NCBI GenBank assembly: GCA_964475145.1
Contig: CAYYVK010000001.1
Span: 6,328-70,327, forward strand
Origin: an uncultured archaeon
Lineage (GTDB): Archaea; Aenigmatarchaeota; Aenigmatarchaeia; CG10238-14; SCSR01
Reading direction: 5' to 3'
DNA: 64,000 bases
Positions 1 through 9,011 of the stretch are shown here, piece after piece. A program made the position numbers and the translations under genes. Under the pieces are notes generated by a model. The model was not told the DNA's origin. It was given only the letters and a program-made list of their open reading frames with translations, and made no database searches. Position 1 is the stretch's first letter, and the number at the start of each line of letters is the position of its first letter.

Positions 1-517
1 AGGAAAGAAAAAGCCAGAAGTGTTTGAAGTTGGAATTGGCGGAAAAGATCCCAAAGAAAAGCTTGATTTTGCTAAGAGCATGCTTGGAAAAGAAATAAAC
101 CATAAAGATGTGTTTAGAGAAGGTGAGCTTGTAGATGTTATTGCTGTAACAAAAGGTAAAGGTACTGCTGGTCCAGTAAAAAGGTTTGGTGTAAAGATTC
201 AACCAAGACATGCTAAACAGAAAAGAAGGCACGTAGGTAGCCTAGGTCAGGAAAGACCAGGAAAGGTAAGACCTACTGTACCTATGGCTGGACAACTTGG
301 GTTTGCAAGAAGGACTGAGTTAAACAAGAGAATACTGAAACTTGGAGAGGGAGGTATATCCCCAAAAGGTGGATTTAAAAGATATGGAATTGTCAAGACC
401 AATTATATTGTGATAGAAGGCTCGGTTCCAGGTAGCAAGAAAAGACTAGTGATGATGAGACCAGCTATAAGACCTAAATTAATAAGCATGCATGAGTTTA
501 GGAAATTGGTGATATGA
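1..517 (+). CDS. rpl3: 50S ribosomal protein L3 (uL3), C-terminal part; 5' end lies upstream of window (frame continues from nt 2)
   Basis: ORF-track protein 20..517 continues without stop to window start; sits upstream of L4-L23; Gly/Lys-rich L3-like C-terminus; ATGA overlap with next gene. Confidence 0.8.
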   Translation, partial: GKKKPEVFEVGIGGKDPKEKLDFAKSMLGKEINHKDVFREGELVDVIAVTKGKGTAGPVKRFGVKIQPRHAKQKRRHVGSLGQERPGKVRPTVPMAGQLGFARRTELNKRILKLGEGGISPKGGFKRYGIVKTNYIVIEGSVPGSKKRLVMMRPAIRPKLISMHEFRKLVI

Positions 518-1317
518 TGGAAGTAGATGTTTTAAGCATAGAAGGTAAGCCTGTAGAAAAGATTAGCTTGCCAAAAGTATTTTCTGAACAAGTAAGAGAA
601 GACTTGATTAGAAGAGCTTTTTTATCGACCATGAGCAAACAAAGACAACCTTATGGTACAGATGTCATGGCTGGCCAAAGAACTTCTGCTCATTATCATG
701 GATACAGAAGGCATAGGTATACTATGATGAACAGAGAGATGGCTAGGTTGCCAAGGCTGCATGGTAAGACAGTTCCCTTCTTATACTTCCAAGCAAGGTT
801 TGTACCTCAAGCTAAAGGTGGAAGGGAGGCTCATCCTCCAAAAGTTGAGAAAGTCTGGGTAGAAAAGATAAACAAGAAGGAAAGACAAAAGGCTATTCGC
901 TCAGCAATAGCAGCTACGGCAAAGAAAGAGCTTGTAGCGAAAAGAGGGCACAAGATTAAGGATATACCTCTTCCTATAGTAGTAGAAGACAGTGTCCAAG
1001 AGTTGAAAAAGGCTAAGGATGTAGTAAAGTTTCTGAAGGCTGTTGGGCTGGAAGAGGAGCTAGAAAGAATAAAGAAGAAAAAAGTTAGAGCTGGTAAAGG
1101 TAAGGCCAGAGGAAGAAAGTATAAAAGAAAGGTAGGTCCTTTAATAGTTATAGCAGAAGATAAGGGAATTGGTAAGGCTGCAAGAAACTTACCCGGTATT
1201 CATGTTTGTAGGGTAGAAAACCTATGCGCAGCCTACCTTGCACCAGGTGGCATGCCTGGCAGATTAACTATCTGGGCTAAGTCTGCTCTTGAGAAGCTAA
1301 AGAATTTGGTTGGTTAA
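514..1317 (+). CDS. rpl4: 50S ribosomal protein L4 (uL4)
   Basis: 267 aa, basic; position L3-L4-L23; stop/start overlaps with neighbours. Confidence 0.8.
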   Translation: MMEVDVLSIEGKPVEKISLPKVFSEQVREDLIRRAFLSTMSKQRQPYGTDVMAGQRTSAHYHGYRRHRYTMMNREMARLPRLHGKTVPFLYFQARFVPQAKGGREAHPPKVEKVWVEKINKKERQKAIRSAIAATAKKELVAKRGHKIKDIPLPIVVEDSVQELKKAKDVVKFLKAVGLEEELERIKKKKVRAGKGKARGRKYKRKVGPLIVIAEDKGIGKAARNLPGIHVCRVENLCAAYLAPGGMPGRLTIWAKSALEKLKNLVG

Positions 1318-1579
1318 AATGGACCCGTTCAAAATACTTAAGTATCCGCATACAACAGAAAAGTCTGTCAGGCTGGTAGAAAAGGAAAACAAGATAGTGT
1401 TTATTGTAGATAGAAAGGCGACCAAGCAAGAGATAAAAGAAGCTTTTGAGAAGCTTTTTGAAGTTAAAGTGGATAAAGTTAACACGCTTATAACAAAAAA
1501 AGGGGAGAAAAAAGCTTTCATAAAAATAAATCCTAAGTTTAAAGCAAGCGATGTCGCAGCAAAGCTAGGAATGATTTGA
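1310..1579 (+). CDS. rpl23: 50S ribosomal protein L23 (uL23)
   Basis: 89 aa; conserved position after L4; KxxLxYPxxTEK-like L23 N-terminus. Confidence 0.8.
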   Translation: MVKMDPFKILKYPHTTEKSVRLVEKENKIVFIVDRKATKQEIKEAFEKLFEVKVDKVNTLITKKGEKKAFIKINPKFKASDVAAKLGMI

Positions 1580-2152
1580 ACAAACTACTTTATCTTTTAT
1601 GAGCAACTTCAATTTTTCAAAATCTTTTATCATTTTCTCCCTTACTTTTGGAAACCTTCTTGCAGCTGAAGGGTGGAAGGTTGGAAAATAAATTCTTCCA
1701 TTTTTTCTTATTGGTTTGCCATGAATTTCAGAAACTTTGAACTTTTCATTAGGAAATAAAGCTTTGAGAGCAACATTCCCAAGCATCACAATTAGCTTTG
1801 GGTTTATAATTTCTATTTGCTTTGTAGTATGCAGCATACCATGCCTGATTTCTTCAGTAGTTGGTGCTCGCCTTCCTGGATAATATTTCAACGGTGAGGT
1901 GATAAAGACTTCTTCTCTCTTTATTCCAATCAAATCTAGAATTTCAGTTAAAAATCTACCAGACCTCCCTACAAATGGTCTGCCAACTTTGCTCTCAGTA
2001 GGTCCAGGTGATTCGCCGAGCAGCATGATTTTTGCATTTGGATTGCCTTCGCCAGGCACGGCTAATCCGAATTTATTTCTTTTGCATTCTTCACAGTTTT
2101 TTATTTCTTCTGAGATTTTTTCTAAAGCTTTAATTTTATAATCATCTACCAT
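1565..2152 (-). CDS. udg: uracil-DNA glycosylase, family 4 (thermophilic 4Fe-4S type)
   Basis: N-terminal CxxC cluster ([10 protein letters not shown]) followed by [17 protein letters not shown] and C-terminal HPSA motif typical of family-4 UDG. Confidence 0.75.
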   Translation of the reverse strand: MVDDYKIKALEKISEEIKNCEECKRNKFGLAVPGEGNPNAKIMLLGESPGPTESKVGRPFVGRSGRFLTEILDLIGIKREEVFITSPLKYYPGRRAPTTEEIRHGMLHTTKQIEIINPKLIVMLGNVALKALFPNEKFKVSEIHGKPIRKNGRIYFPTFHPSAARRFPKVREKMIKDFEKLKLLIKDKVVCSNHS

Positions 2153-2444
2153 TTTTCTACATCTTCTAATTTTTCCCTGCTCATTAAAGATATTTAAAGA
2201 GTAAAACTGAAAAACCCTAATATACTACTCTTGAACAAAAAGTTAAACCCGAAGGAAAATTACTGAGAAGCTATTGAAGCAAGAAACAATTAAAAGAAAC
2301 AAAAGACGGTAATTCTATTTGGCTGAGTTGAGGTATGGAATAGCTTGGGAAAGAAAATATATTTAAAAAACGTTAAATTCTAACTTTAAACTAAGAGATA
2401 TTAGCAACAAAACTAGGAATAACATAATTCTGATTTAAAGTTAC

Positions 2445-2456
2445 TTTTAAATATTT
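2445..2456 (+). promoter_or_regulatory. candidate TATA box (TTTTAAATATTT) about 20 nt upstream of TFB-like ATG; would imply leaderless or short-leader transcript
   Basis: A/T-rich TATA-like octamer at expected archaeal spacing in a 320-bp intergenic region. Confidence 0.25.
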
Positions 2457-2472
2457 ACCGATTTAATTTTAA

Positions 2473-3075
2473 GTGGTGCAGATGAGTAAACAGCGTGATA
2501 AAAATCTTGCCAGCAGTATAAGAGAGTTAGAAAGCCTTTGCGATAAACTCTACATTCCACAATCTGTTAAGGAGAAGGCTATTTCAATCTATTCTTCTGC
2601 ATTAGATAAAGGTTTACTACGTAGAAGCTCTAGTGTTAAATTGACCTATGCTGCTCTTTATGCTGCTTGCCGACATATGGATTTTCCAAGATTTATTTCT
2701 GAAATAGCTGAAGCAGGTCCTCTTAGCAGGAAAGAACTTCAGAGAAACTACAGGCTTCTGGTACGTGAAGGATTAGTAGAACCAAAAGCGCAAGATCCTC
2801 TCTTATATATTCCCAGAATTGCTGAAAAGTTAGGGATTTCGATGAAAGCTCAGGAGCTTGCTATTAGATACCTTAAGAAAGCTAAAGAGAAGCATATTTT
2901 ACCCGGGAAATCTCCACTAGCATTGGCTGCAGGAGCCCTTTACCTTGCTTGTATAGAGTGTGGTGAGAAGAAACTTCAAAGGGATATAGCGAAAGCAGCT
3001 TGTGTAAGTGAAGTAAGTATAAGAAATTCATATAAATATCTTATGAAAAAGCTAGACTGGAGCCTTCCTTGGTGA
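2473..3075 (+). CDS. TFB/TFIIB core-domain protein (two cyclin folds) lacking N-terminal Zn-ribbon and B-reader
   Basis: 200 aa matching both TFB cyclin repeats (AALYAACRHMDFPR...; KSPLALAAGALYLACIECGEKK...SIRNSYKYL); no CxxC ribbon encoded upstream in any frame. Confidence 0.7.
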   Translation: MVQMSKQRDKNLASSIRELESLCDKLYIPQSVKEKAISIYSSALDKGLLRRSSSVKLTYAALYAACRHMDFPRFISEIAEAGPLSRKELQRNYRLLVREGLVEPKAQDPLLYIPRIAEKLGISMKAQELAIRYLKKAKEKHILPGKSPLALAAGALYLACIECGEKKLQRDIAKAACVSEVSIRNSYKYLMKKLDWSLPW

Positions 3076-3312
3076 ATTATTTATTTTACTTAACTCTGTT
3101 ATTATATCCAGGCTAGGTTTTTCGTAAAGTACGTCACATAACACAACCTGAAATGCTCTAGTTGGCATCAAACCATCATTTACCCTTGTATAATACTTAT
3201 GCAAAAGATATCCAATTCGCTCAAAATAACCATCCAGTTCAAGCTTCCTTATTGTTGGATATACTTCTTCAAACTTTGACATTATAGGGTTTGAATAATA
3301 TAAATGCATCAA
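3052..3312 (-). CDS. hypothetical small protein
   Basis: 86-aa ORF, no recognisable motif; coding status uncertain. Confidence 0.2.
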   Translation of the reverse strand: MMHLYYSNPIMSKFEEVYPTIRKLELDGYFERIGYLLHKYYTRVNDGLMPTRAFQVVLCDVLYEKPSLDIITELSKINNSPRKAPV

Positions 3313-3600
3313 ATTAGTTATTTTCTCAACATCCTCTCCTGGAACTTCGTTTTCGACGACATTTCTTATTACACTATTAACTACAAACCAATCCTCCTCT
3401 TCTTTTTTTCTTAATGCATAAGCAGGGTCTCTAACCCATCTTTTCTTATCATACTCACGTATTGGGGGAGCTAAATTTTTTGCAGCATCCGAACATAATT
3501 TTTTTATGAGCGGGAGTGATTGATAGAGTTCTTTTAGTACTTCTTTTTTTCTAATTGAAAAAAGGATTTTTTTCCATATCCTCTATATCAGCGGTTGTTT

Positions 3601-4533
3601 CTATAAACGGAAAAAATGAAATAAAAATTCATAAACCCTCTGTTCCTCCTTACTCTTTACCTTTTTAGGCAATATTTCGAGAGCTTTCTTAGCTAAATCG
3701 TCTATGGTTACCCTTTCTTTCTGTTGAAATAATTTGAAAAATCTAACAAAAGCTCTTGGTTCTGAGTTAGAAGAATAGAGAAATTCCTTAACAGGTTCGT
3801 CAGCTTCTACATGATATGCGTCAAAAAGATTTAGCCATTCCTCATAAGAAATAGGAATCTCCCTATGGGCAAGGTAATTACGCTTATTTCTATATTTCAG
3901 ATATTTTTTAGGATCTAACGGAAGCTCTCCAAATCTAGGCAAAATTTCATCGAACTCATCAATTTTTAATTTTTCTGCATAGCTTGAAAGAAGATCTTCA
4001 GAGACAAGTATGAACTTCTTCCCATGATAAACTTCTTCTAAAGACCTTTTTAAGTCTTCAACAAAAACTTCTGGAGACTCTTTACCTTTAACTAATGCTT
4101 CAAATCTATAGTGGATATCATCTTCCACTATAACATTTGCATTATTCAATAAATCCTCTCTATTACAACAAGAGTTGTATACATAGTATCTTTCGCCCCA
4201 TGTTTCAGGAGATGCTAGTTTTAAGGGGTCTAAGATTCCGCTTCTACCATCTTGTCGGTAAGTAAATACCACAGGTAATAATTTTTTATCTCTTTCAACC
4301 GAAGTTTCTAAAGCCTTCATTATTCCAAACGTCTTTCCGGAGCCTTTTGGCCCTAACAAAAAAATGGGCATCCTATCGTCTGAGAGAAGGTACTCTTCTA
4401 AAAATCTTATAAAGGAGGAATTAATTGGAGTAATTTTCCTCAAACTTTCTAAATCAAAATCTTCAGCTCTTTCTACGAGTAAAGACATAATTAAGCAATG
4501 TTTCAGAAATTTTAAAAAGTTTTCTAAAGCCAA
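3601..4533 (-). CDS. P-loop ATPase of the 'archaeal ATPase' type (Walker A LLGPKGSGKTF)
   Basis: 310 aa; Walker A GPKGSGKT, DE-rich Walker B-like segment (VIVEDD); alternative start at internal Met (MSLLVER). Confidence 0.5.
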   Translation of the reverse strand: MALENFLKFLKHCLIMSLLVERAEDFDLESLRKITPINSSFIRFLEEYLLSDDRMPIFLLGPKGSGKTFGIMKALETSVERDKKLLPVVFTYRQDGRSGILDPLKLASPETWGERYYVYNSCCNREDLLNNANVIVEDDIHYRFEALVKGKESPEVFVEDLKRSLEEVYHGKKFILVSEDLLSSYAEKLKIDEFDEILPRFGELPLDPKKYLKYRNKRNYLAHREIPISYEEWLNLFDAYHVEADEPVKEFLYSSNSEPRAFVRFFKLFQQKERVTIDDLAKKALEILPKKVKSKEEQRVYEFLFHFFRL

Positions 4534-4563
4534 AATATTAATTTACTTAAAAACTAATAACAA

Positions 4564-5274
4564 GTGAGAAAGATGGGAAAAAGGATAATTGCCAGAGCAA
4601 GAGGAAAGGGCGGGCCAAGATATAGAGCACCGAGCCACAGGTATCTAGGTAAAGTAAGTTATTTTCCTTTTAATAAGGTCGTAGGCAAGGTTGTTGACAT
4701 AGTTCATGATCCTGGAAGGTCTGCTCCTGTCGCAATCATAAGGACTGAAGATGGAAAAGAAGTTTTGCACATTGCTCCTGAAGGCTTGCAAGTTGGTTCA
4801 GAAATAGAGTATGATGGAAAAATTGTAGTAGGTAACGTAGTAGAACTGGGGAAAATTCCAGAAGGGACTAAGATATGCGCAATAGAAACTTATCCTGGTT
4901 CTGGTCCAAAGCTATGCAGAAGTAGTGGAAGTTTTGCAGAAGTTGTAGGCAGAGTTGGTGATAAGGTTGTAGTTATGCTTTCATCTAAGAAGACAAAAGA
5001 ATTAGATGCTAGATGCAGAGCTACCATAGGAATTCCTGCTGGTAGTGGTAGGGTAGAAAAGCCATGGGTAAAGGCTGGCAAACATTGGTATGCTATGCAT
5101 GCAAGAGGCAAAATCTTCCCAAGGACAAAAGGTGTAGCAATGACGCCAACCGATCATCCTTATGGAGGTAAGAGTAAGAGGCCGAGACCGTCGAAGACTG
5201 TGGCTAGAACAGCTCCACCCGGAGCAAAAGTTGGTAGCATCGCAGCTAGGAGGGTTGGAAAGAAAAAGTTGTGA
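4564..5274 (+). CDS. rpl2: 50S ribosomal protein L2 (uL2); conserved N-terminus suggests true start at 4573 (MGKRII)
   Basis: GKRIIARARGKGG..., conserved L2 C-terminal HPYGGKSKRPRP-like motif. Confidence 0.9.
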   Translation: MRKMGKRIIARARGKGGPRYRAPSHRYLGKVSYFPFNKVVGKVVDIVHDPGRSAPVAIIRTEDGKEVLHIAPEGLQVGSEIEYDGKIVVGNVVELGKIPEGTKICAIETYPGSGPKLCRSSGSFAEVVGRVGDKVVVMLSSKKTKELDARCRATIGIPAGSGRVEKPWVKAGKHWYAMHARGKIFPRTKGVAMTPTDHPYGGKSKRPRPSKTVARTAPPGAKVGSIAARRVGKKKL

Positions 5275-5687
5275 TAATTATGAAAGAGTTTAGGTATAGA
5301 GGATATACGCTAGAAGAATTGAAAAAAATGTCTATAGAAGAATTTGCAAAGATAGCTGACGCAAAAATAAGAAGAAAGTTAAGAAGAGGATTAACTGAAC
5401 AAGAGAGAAAGCTCTTAGAAAAGTTAAGGAAAGAGCCTGACAAGTTTCACAAAACACATGTAAGAAGCATGGTAATACTTCCTGAAATGGTTGGAAAAAA
5501 GATTGGCGTCTATATTGGTGGTGGAAAGGCTGGAGACGCAAGCGGTAAATGGCAACCTATTACAATAACTCCTGAAATGATAGGATTTAGGCTTGGTGAC
5601 TTTGCAATAACAATAAAGCGTGTGAAACATTCTGCACCTGGTATAGGAGCTTCTAAGGGAAGCAAACACTATGCAACAAAGACCTAG
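5271..5687 (+). CDS. rps19: 30S ribosomal protein S19 (uS19)
   Basis: 138 aa; position L2-S19-L22; GHAAPG-like C-terminal segment (KHSAPGIGASKGSKH). Confidence 0.85.
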   Translation: MIIMKEFRYRGYTLEELKKMSIEEFAKIADAKIRRKLRRGLTEQERKLLEKLRKEPDKFHKTHVRSMVILPEMVGKKIGVYIGGGKAGDASGKWQPITITPEMIGFRLGDFAITIKRVKHSAPGIGASKGSKHYATKT

Positions 5688-6048
5688 TGATGGCATGAAA
5701 GTGACTGCAAGAACTACAGCAAGAATTTCTCTCAAGCATTCCACTCTCCTATGCAAAAAACTAAAAGGAAAGAAATTGTCAAAAGCAAAAAGCTTTTTGG
5801 AAAGGCTTATAGAAAAGAAGGAAAGTGTAGACGGAAAGTATTACACAAAAGCAAGCAGCGAAATCCTTAAACTACTAAATAATGTAGAAGCAAACGCAAA
5901 ACAAAAGAACATGGATGTAGAAAGGTTATTCATAAGTAGAATAAAAGCAGATAAAGGTTTTACCTTCGTGCTTCCAAAATCAAAGGCAAAGTTCAGGGGA
6001 AGAAGAGGAAAAGTAACAAACTTGGAAGTAGTGGTGGAAGAAAGGTGA
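5671..6048 (+). CDS. rpl22: 50S ribosomal protein L22 (uL22)
   Basis: position S19-L22-S3; basic 125-aa product; start may lie further upstream with non-ATG codon. Confidence 0.7.
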   Translation: MQQRPSDGMKVTARTTARISLKHSTLLCKKLKGKKLSKAKSFLERLIEKKESVDGKYYTKASSEILKLLNNVEANAKQKNMDVERLFISRIKADKGFTFVLPKSKAKFRGRRGKVTNLEVVVEER

Positions 6049-6671
6049 TAGAAAAGATTTTCGTAAAAACTGGCATTGCCATCTCAGACTTAGAGAAGTT
6101 TTTAAGGAAAAAGGTTGAGAAAGCTGGATATAGCCATTCAGAAATAGAGAGAACTCCTCTGGGAACTAGGATAATAATCTATGTTCATAAACCAGGCTTG
6201 ATCATAGGAAAGTCTGGAAGAAAAATAGACGAGCTTGCTGAAGAGATAAAAGAAAAGTTTAAGATAGAAAATCCAATGATAGACGTAAAAGAAGTTGAAC
6301 AGCCCATGCTGGATGCTAATATAGTTGCTTACAGGATTGCAAAAGCTATAGAAAAAGGAATAAACTACAAGAAAGTTTGCAATTATTACCTGGAGCAAGT
6401 AAGGAACGCAGGAGCAATAGGAGTAAGTATTGTAGTTTCTGGAAAACTTGCTGGAAAGGAAAGATCCAGGTTTCAAAAGTTTAGGTCTGGGTTTGTAGCA
6501 TACTCTGGCGAGTATGCTGAGAGGCTTGTAGAAAAGGGTTATTCCCAAGCTATGATCAAACCTGGTGTAGTTGGTGTTGAAGTGAGAATAATGAAGCAGC
6601 CTATAGAAGAGTTTAAAATGAAAGAAGGTGAGAAGGGTGAGAGCGAAGGAACTGAGGAAACTAAAGCCTGA
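6045..6671 (+). CDS. rps3: 30S ribosomal protein S3 (uS3)
   Basis: KH-domain segment (GLIIGKSGRKIDELAEEI), acidic C-terminal tail; conserved position. Confidence 0.9.
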   Translation: MIEKIFVKTGIAISDLEKFLRKKVEKAGYSHSEIERTPLGTRIIIYVHKPGLIIGKSGRKIDELAEEIKEKFKIENPMIDVKEVEQPMLDANIVAYRIAKAIEKGINYKKVCNYYLEQVRNAGAIGVSIVVSGKLAGKERSRFQKFRSGFVAYSGEYAERLVEKGYSQAMIKPGVVGVEVRIMKQPIEEFKMKEGEKGESEGTEETKA

Positions 6672-6843
6672 AGATTTAAATAGTCAACTACAAGAATTAA
6701 AATTAGAGCTGATGAAAGAATTGAGTAATGTAAAGATGGGCAGACCTGTAAAGAACCCTGGTAAAATAAAAGAGATTAAAAAGAACATTGCCAGGATTTT
6801 AACAATAAAAAGAGAATTAAAAGCAAGAGAGGGAAAAAGATAG
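6628..6843 (+). CDS. rpl29: 50S ribosomal protein L29 (uL29)
   Basis: 71 aa, LRKLKPEDLNSQLQELKLEL coiled-coil typical of L29; follows S3. Confidence 0.8.
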   Translation: MRRVRAKELRKLKPEDLNSQLQELKLELMKELSNVKMGRPVKNPGKIKEIKKNIARILTIKRELKAREGKR

Positions 6844-6845
6844 AA

Positions 6846-7181
6846 ATGGCAGAAGTGTGTCTTAAGTGTGGAGCTCCTGCTTCTCAAGGTATTTGCTCTA
6901 AGTGTGGATTGCCAGCAGAAATTTGTGTTTGTGAAGCTTTAGAAAAAGAAGAGAAGAAAATAAAAGTTTTTATCGAAAAGAGAAAGTTTAATAAGCCTAT
7001 AACAATAATTGAAGGAGTGAGAAGTAGAGGAAAAGAAATTACTTCTCAATTGAAGCAGAAGCTTGCATGCGGTGGAACCTACAAAAACGGGAAAATAGAG
7101 TTGCAAGGTGATCATAGAAATAGGTTAAAAGACTTGCTTAAAAGTTTTGGATTTGATGAAAGTCAAATAGAAATAATATAA
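6846..7181 (+). CDS. sui1: translation initiation factor aSUI1 (eIF1 homologue)
   Basis: N-terminal CxxC...CxxC...CVC zinc motif and SUI1 core (GGTYKNGKIELQGDHRNRLKDLL); archaeal L29-SUI1-Rpp29-S17 order. Confidence 0.8.
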   Translation: MAEVCLKCGAPASQGICSKCGLPAEICVCEALEKEEKKIKVFIEKRKFNKPITIIEGVRSRGKEITSQLKQKLACGGTYKNGKIELQGDHRNRLKDLLKSFGFDESQIEII

Positions 7182-7200
7182 AGTCTTTTTCTTTATAATT

Positions 7201-7479
7201 ATGCCCATTACACCAAAGAACTTAGTCAGACATGAACTGATAGGGTTAAAAGTAAAAGTTGTTAAATCTACTGAAAAAACTCAAAAAGGTTTAACAGGAG
7301 TAGTGATAGACGAAACTTATAACACGCTTAAGATTGAAACAAAAAATGGTGAAAAGACTGTGATAAAAAGCAATTGCGTTTTCATCTTTACCCTGCCAGA
7401 CAAAACAAAAGTACAAGTAGATGGTAAGGTTTTAGTAGGTAGACCAGAAAACAGGATAAAAAAGAAATTCTTATACTAG
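7201..7479 (+). CDS. rnp1: RNase P protein component 1 (Rpp29/Pop4)
   Basis: 92 aa; [14 protein letters not shown]...[18 protein letters not shown] Sm-like Rpp29 fold; conserved position before S17. Confidence 0.7.
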   Translation: MPITPKNLVRHELIGLKVKVVKSTEKTQKGLTGVVIDETYNTLKIETKNGEKTVIKSNCVFIFTLPDKTKVQVDGKVLVGRPENRIKKKFLY

Positions 7480-7529
7480 CCTTGTTTAAGAATTTATATT
7501 TTTCCAATTTCAAGTTTATTAAAAGTGGT

Positions 7530-7859
7530 CGGATGAAAGCTAGAAACATTGGAATAAAAGTTAAACCACCAGAGAAGGAATGCTCTGACCCTAAGTGTCC
7601 GTTTCATGGTCGTTTATCCATTAGAGGGAAGATCCTAGAAGGTTTGGTTGTCTCTGCCAAATCGCCAAAAAGTGTTATAATTGAACGAAATTATCTTCAT
7701 TATGTCCCAAAGTACAAGAGGTACGAGCGTAGACACAGTAGAATTGCTGCCTACAATCCTGAATGTATAAACGCAAAGGAGGGTGATAAAGTTAGAATTG
7801 CTGAATGCAGACCTTTGAGCAAGACTAAATCTTTTGTTGTCATAGAGGTGATTAAGTGA
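7530..7859 (+). CDS. rps17: 30S ribosomal protein S17 (uS17); start chosen at internal Met MKARNIG
   Basis: [16 protein letters not shown] zinc-knuckle-like S17 N-terminus; ORF-track ORF begins 48 nt earlier. Confidence 0.8.
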   Translation, partial: RMKARNIGIKVKPPEKECSDPKCPFHGRLSIRGKILEGLVVSAKSPKSVIIERNYLHYVPKYKRYERRHSRIAAYNPECINAKEGDKVRIAECRPLSKTKSFVVIEVIK

Positions 7860-8152
7860 GCATGAATTTAAAGCCTGATCCAACGTACATAAAAATCATT
7901 TCAAGATTGGCAAAGGAAAATATGCTAACAAGAAAAGAAATAGCAAGAATTGTAGAACCAAATTTCCCTTACATCCCTCCACCAGAAAAGTTGATCTATG
8001 TATTAAGCGAGGTAGACAGATACATAGATAGTTTAGAAAAGAATGGAATGATAATAAAGTTTAGGTACAAAGGGAGTAGAAAAGATTACACGGTCCAAAT
8101 CACAGAAAGAGGATTAAGTTATGCTGAAAAGTTAAGAAAAGGTGAAAAATGA
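7856..8152 (+). CDS. hypothetical winged-helix-like protein inserted in r-protein operon
   Basis: 98 aa, ATGA-coupled to S17 and L14; no ribosomal-protein signature. Confidence 0.4.
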   Translation: MSMNLKPDPTYIKIISRLAKENMLTRKEIARIVEPNFPYIPPPEKLIYVLSEVDRYIDSLEKNGMIIKFRYKGSRKDYTVQITERGLSYAEKLRKGEK

Positions 8153-8547
8153 AAGCAGTTAAAGCGAAAGTCACTAAAGCATTGAACGTTGGAAGTTATC
8201 TCGTTTGTGCTGATAACACAGGGGCAAAACTCTTACAGATAATTTCTGTAGGCGGGTATAAAGGTACAAGAAGAAGGCAACCAAGAGCTGGAGTAGCTGA
8301 TGTTGTTAAATGCACGGTAAAAGAAGGTGATGTAAAGATTAGAAAGCAAGTGGTAACTGCAGTAATAATCAGGCAGAAGGCAGAATATAGAAGGAAAGAA
8401 GGAATTAGAATAAAGTTTGAGGATAATGCAGCAGTCTTAGTAAACGAAAGTCTAGAACCAAGAGGTACACAGATAAAAGGTCCTGTCGCAAGAGAAGTTG
8501 TAGAAAGGTTTCCTGCAATAGGAAAGATTGCTAGCATGGTTGTTTAG
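8149..8547 (+). CDS. rpl14: 50S ribosomal protein L14 (uL14)
   Basis: 132 aa; [14 protein letters not shown]... characteristic L14 N-terminus. Confidence 0.9.
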   Translation: MKAVKAKVTKALNVGSYLVCADNTGAKLLQIISVGGYKGTRRRQPRAGVADVVKCTVKEGDVKIRKQVVTAVIIRQKAEYRRKEGIRIKFEDNAAVLVNESLEPRGTQIKGPVAREVVERFPAIGKIASMVV

Positions 8548-8549
8548 GT

Positions 8550-8936
8550 GTGCTTATGCCTAAATCAAAAAAACCTAGAAAGCAAAGAAAAGCCTTGTAT
8601 ACAGCACCATTACACAAGAGAAGAAAGCTTCTTTCTGCGCATTTATCCAAGGAACTTAGAGAAAAGTATAAACGAAGATCCTTACCAATAAGAAGAGGAG
8701 ATGAAGTAAAGATACTGCGTGGAGAATTTAAAGGAAAAGTTGGTAAGGTCTCTAAGGTTGATTTGAAGAAATTAAAAGTATACGTAGAAGGTGTGACTAG
8801 AAAAAGGACTGTAGGAACTGAAGTACAAGTACCCATTCATCCAAGCAATCTAATGATAATAAACCTTGAGTTAAGCGATAAAAGAAGGCTTCTCATCCTG
8901 GAGAGGAGTTCTAAGAAAGCAAGCCAACGTTTATAA
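8550..8936 (+). CDS. rpl24: 50S ribosomal protein L24 (uL24, KOW domain)
   Basis: KOW motif [19 protein letters not shown]; follows L14. Confidence 0.85.
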   Translation: MLMPKSKKPRKQRKALYTAPLHKRRKLLSAHLSKELREKYKRRSLPIRRGDEVKILRGEFKGKVGKVSKVDLKKLKVYVEGVTRKRTVGTEVQVPIHPSNLMIINLELSDKRRLLILERSSKKASQRL

Positions 8937-9011
8937 GCTTTTCTCACGATAATTTTAAAAATTCAAGGATAAGTTAAAAGAAGTTAAAATAGATTAAAAA
9001 GGTGGGAGTAT

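Noticed and set aside
1297-2141. ORFs 1297..1521 (-) and 1899..2141 (+)
   Set aside because: Antisense to L23 and UDG respectively; no motifs.
4364-5443. ORFs 4364..4567 (+), 4890..5111 (-), 5246..5443 (-), 5332..5756 (-)
   Set aside because: Overlap or antisense to the ATPase, L2 and S19 genes; the r-protein assignments are far stronger.
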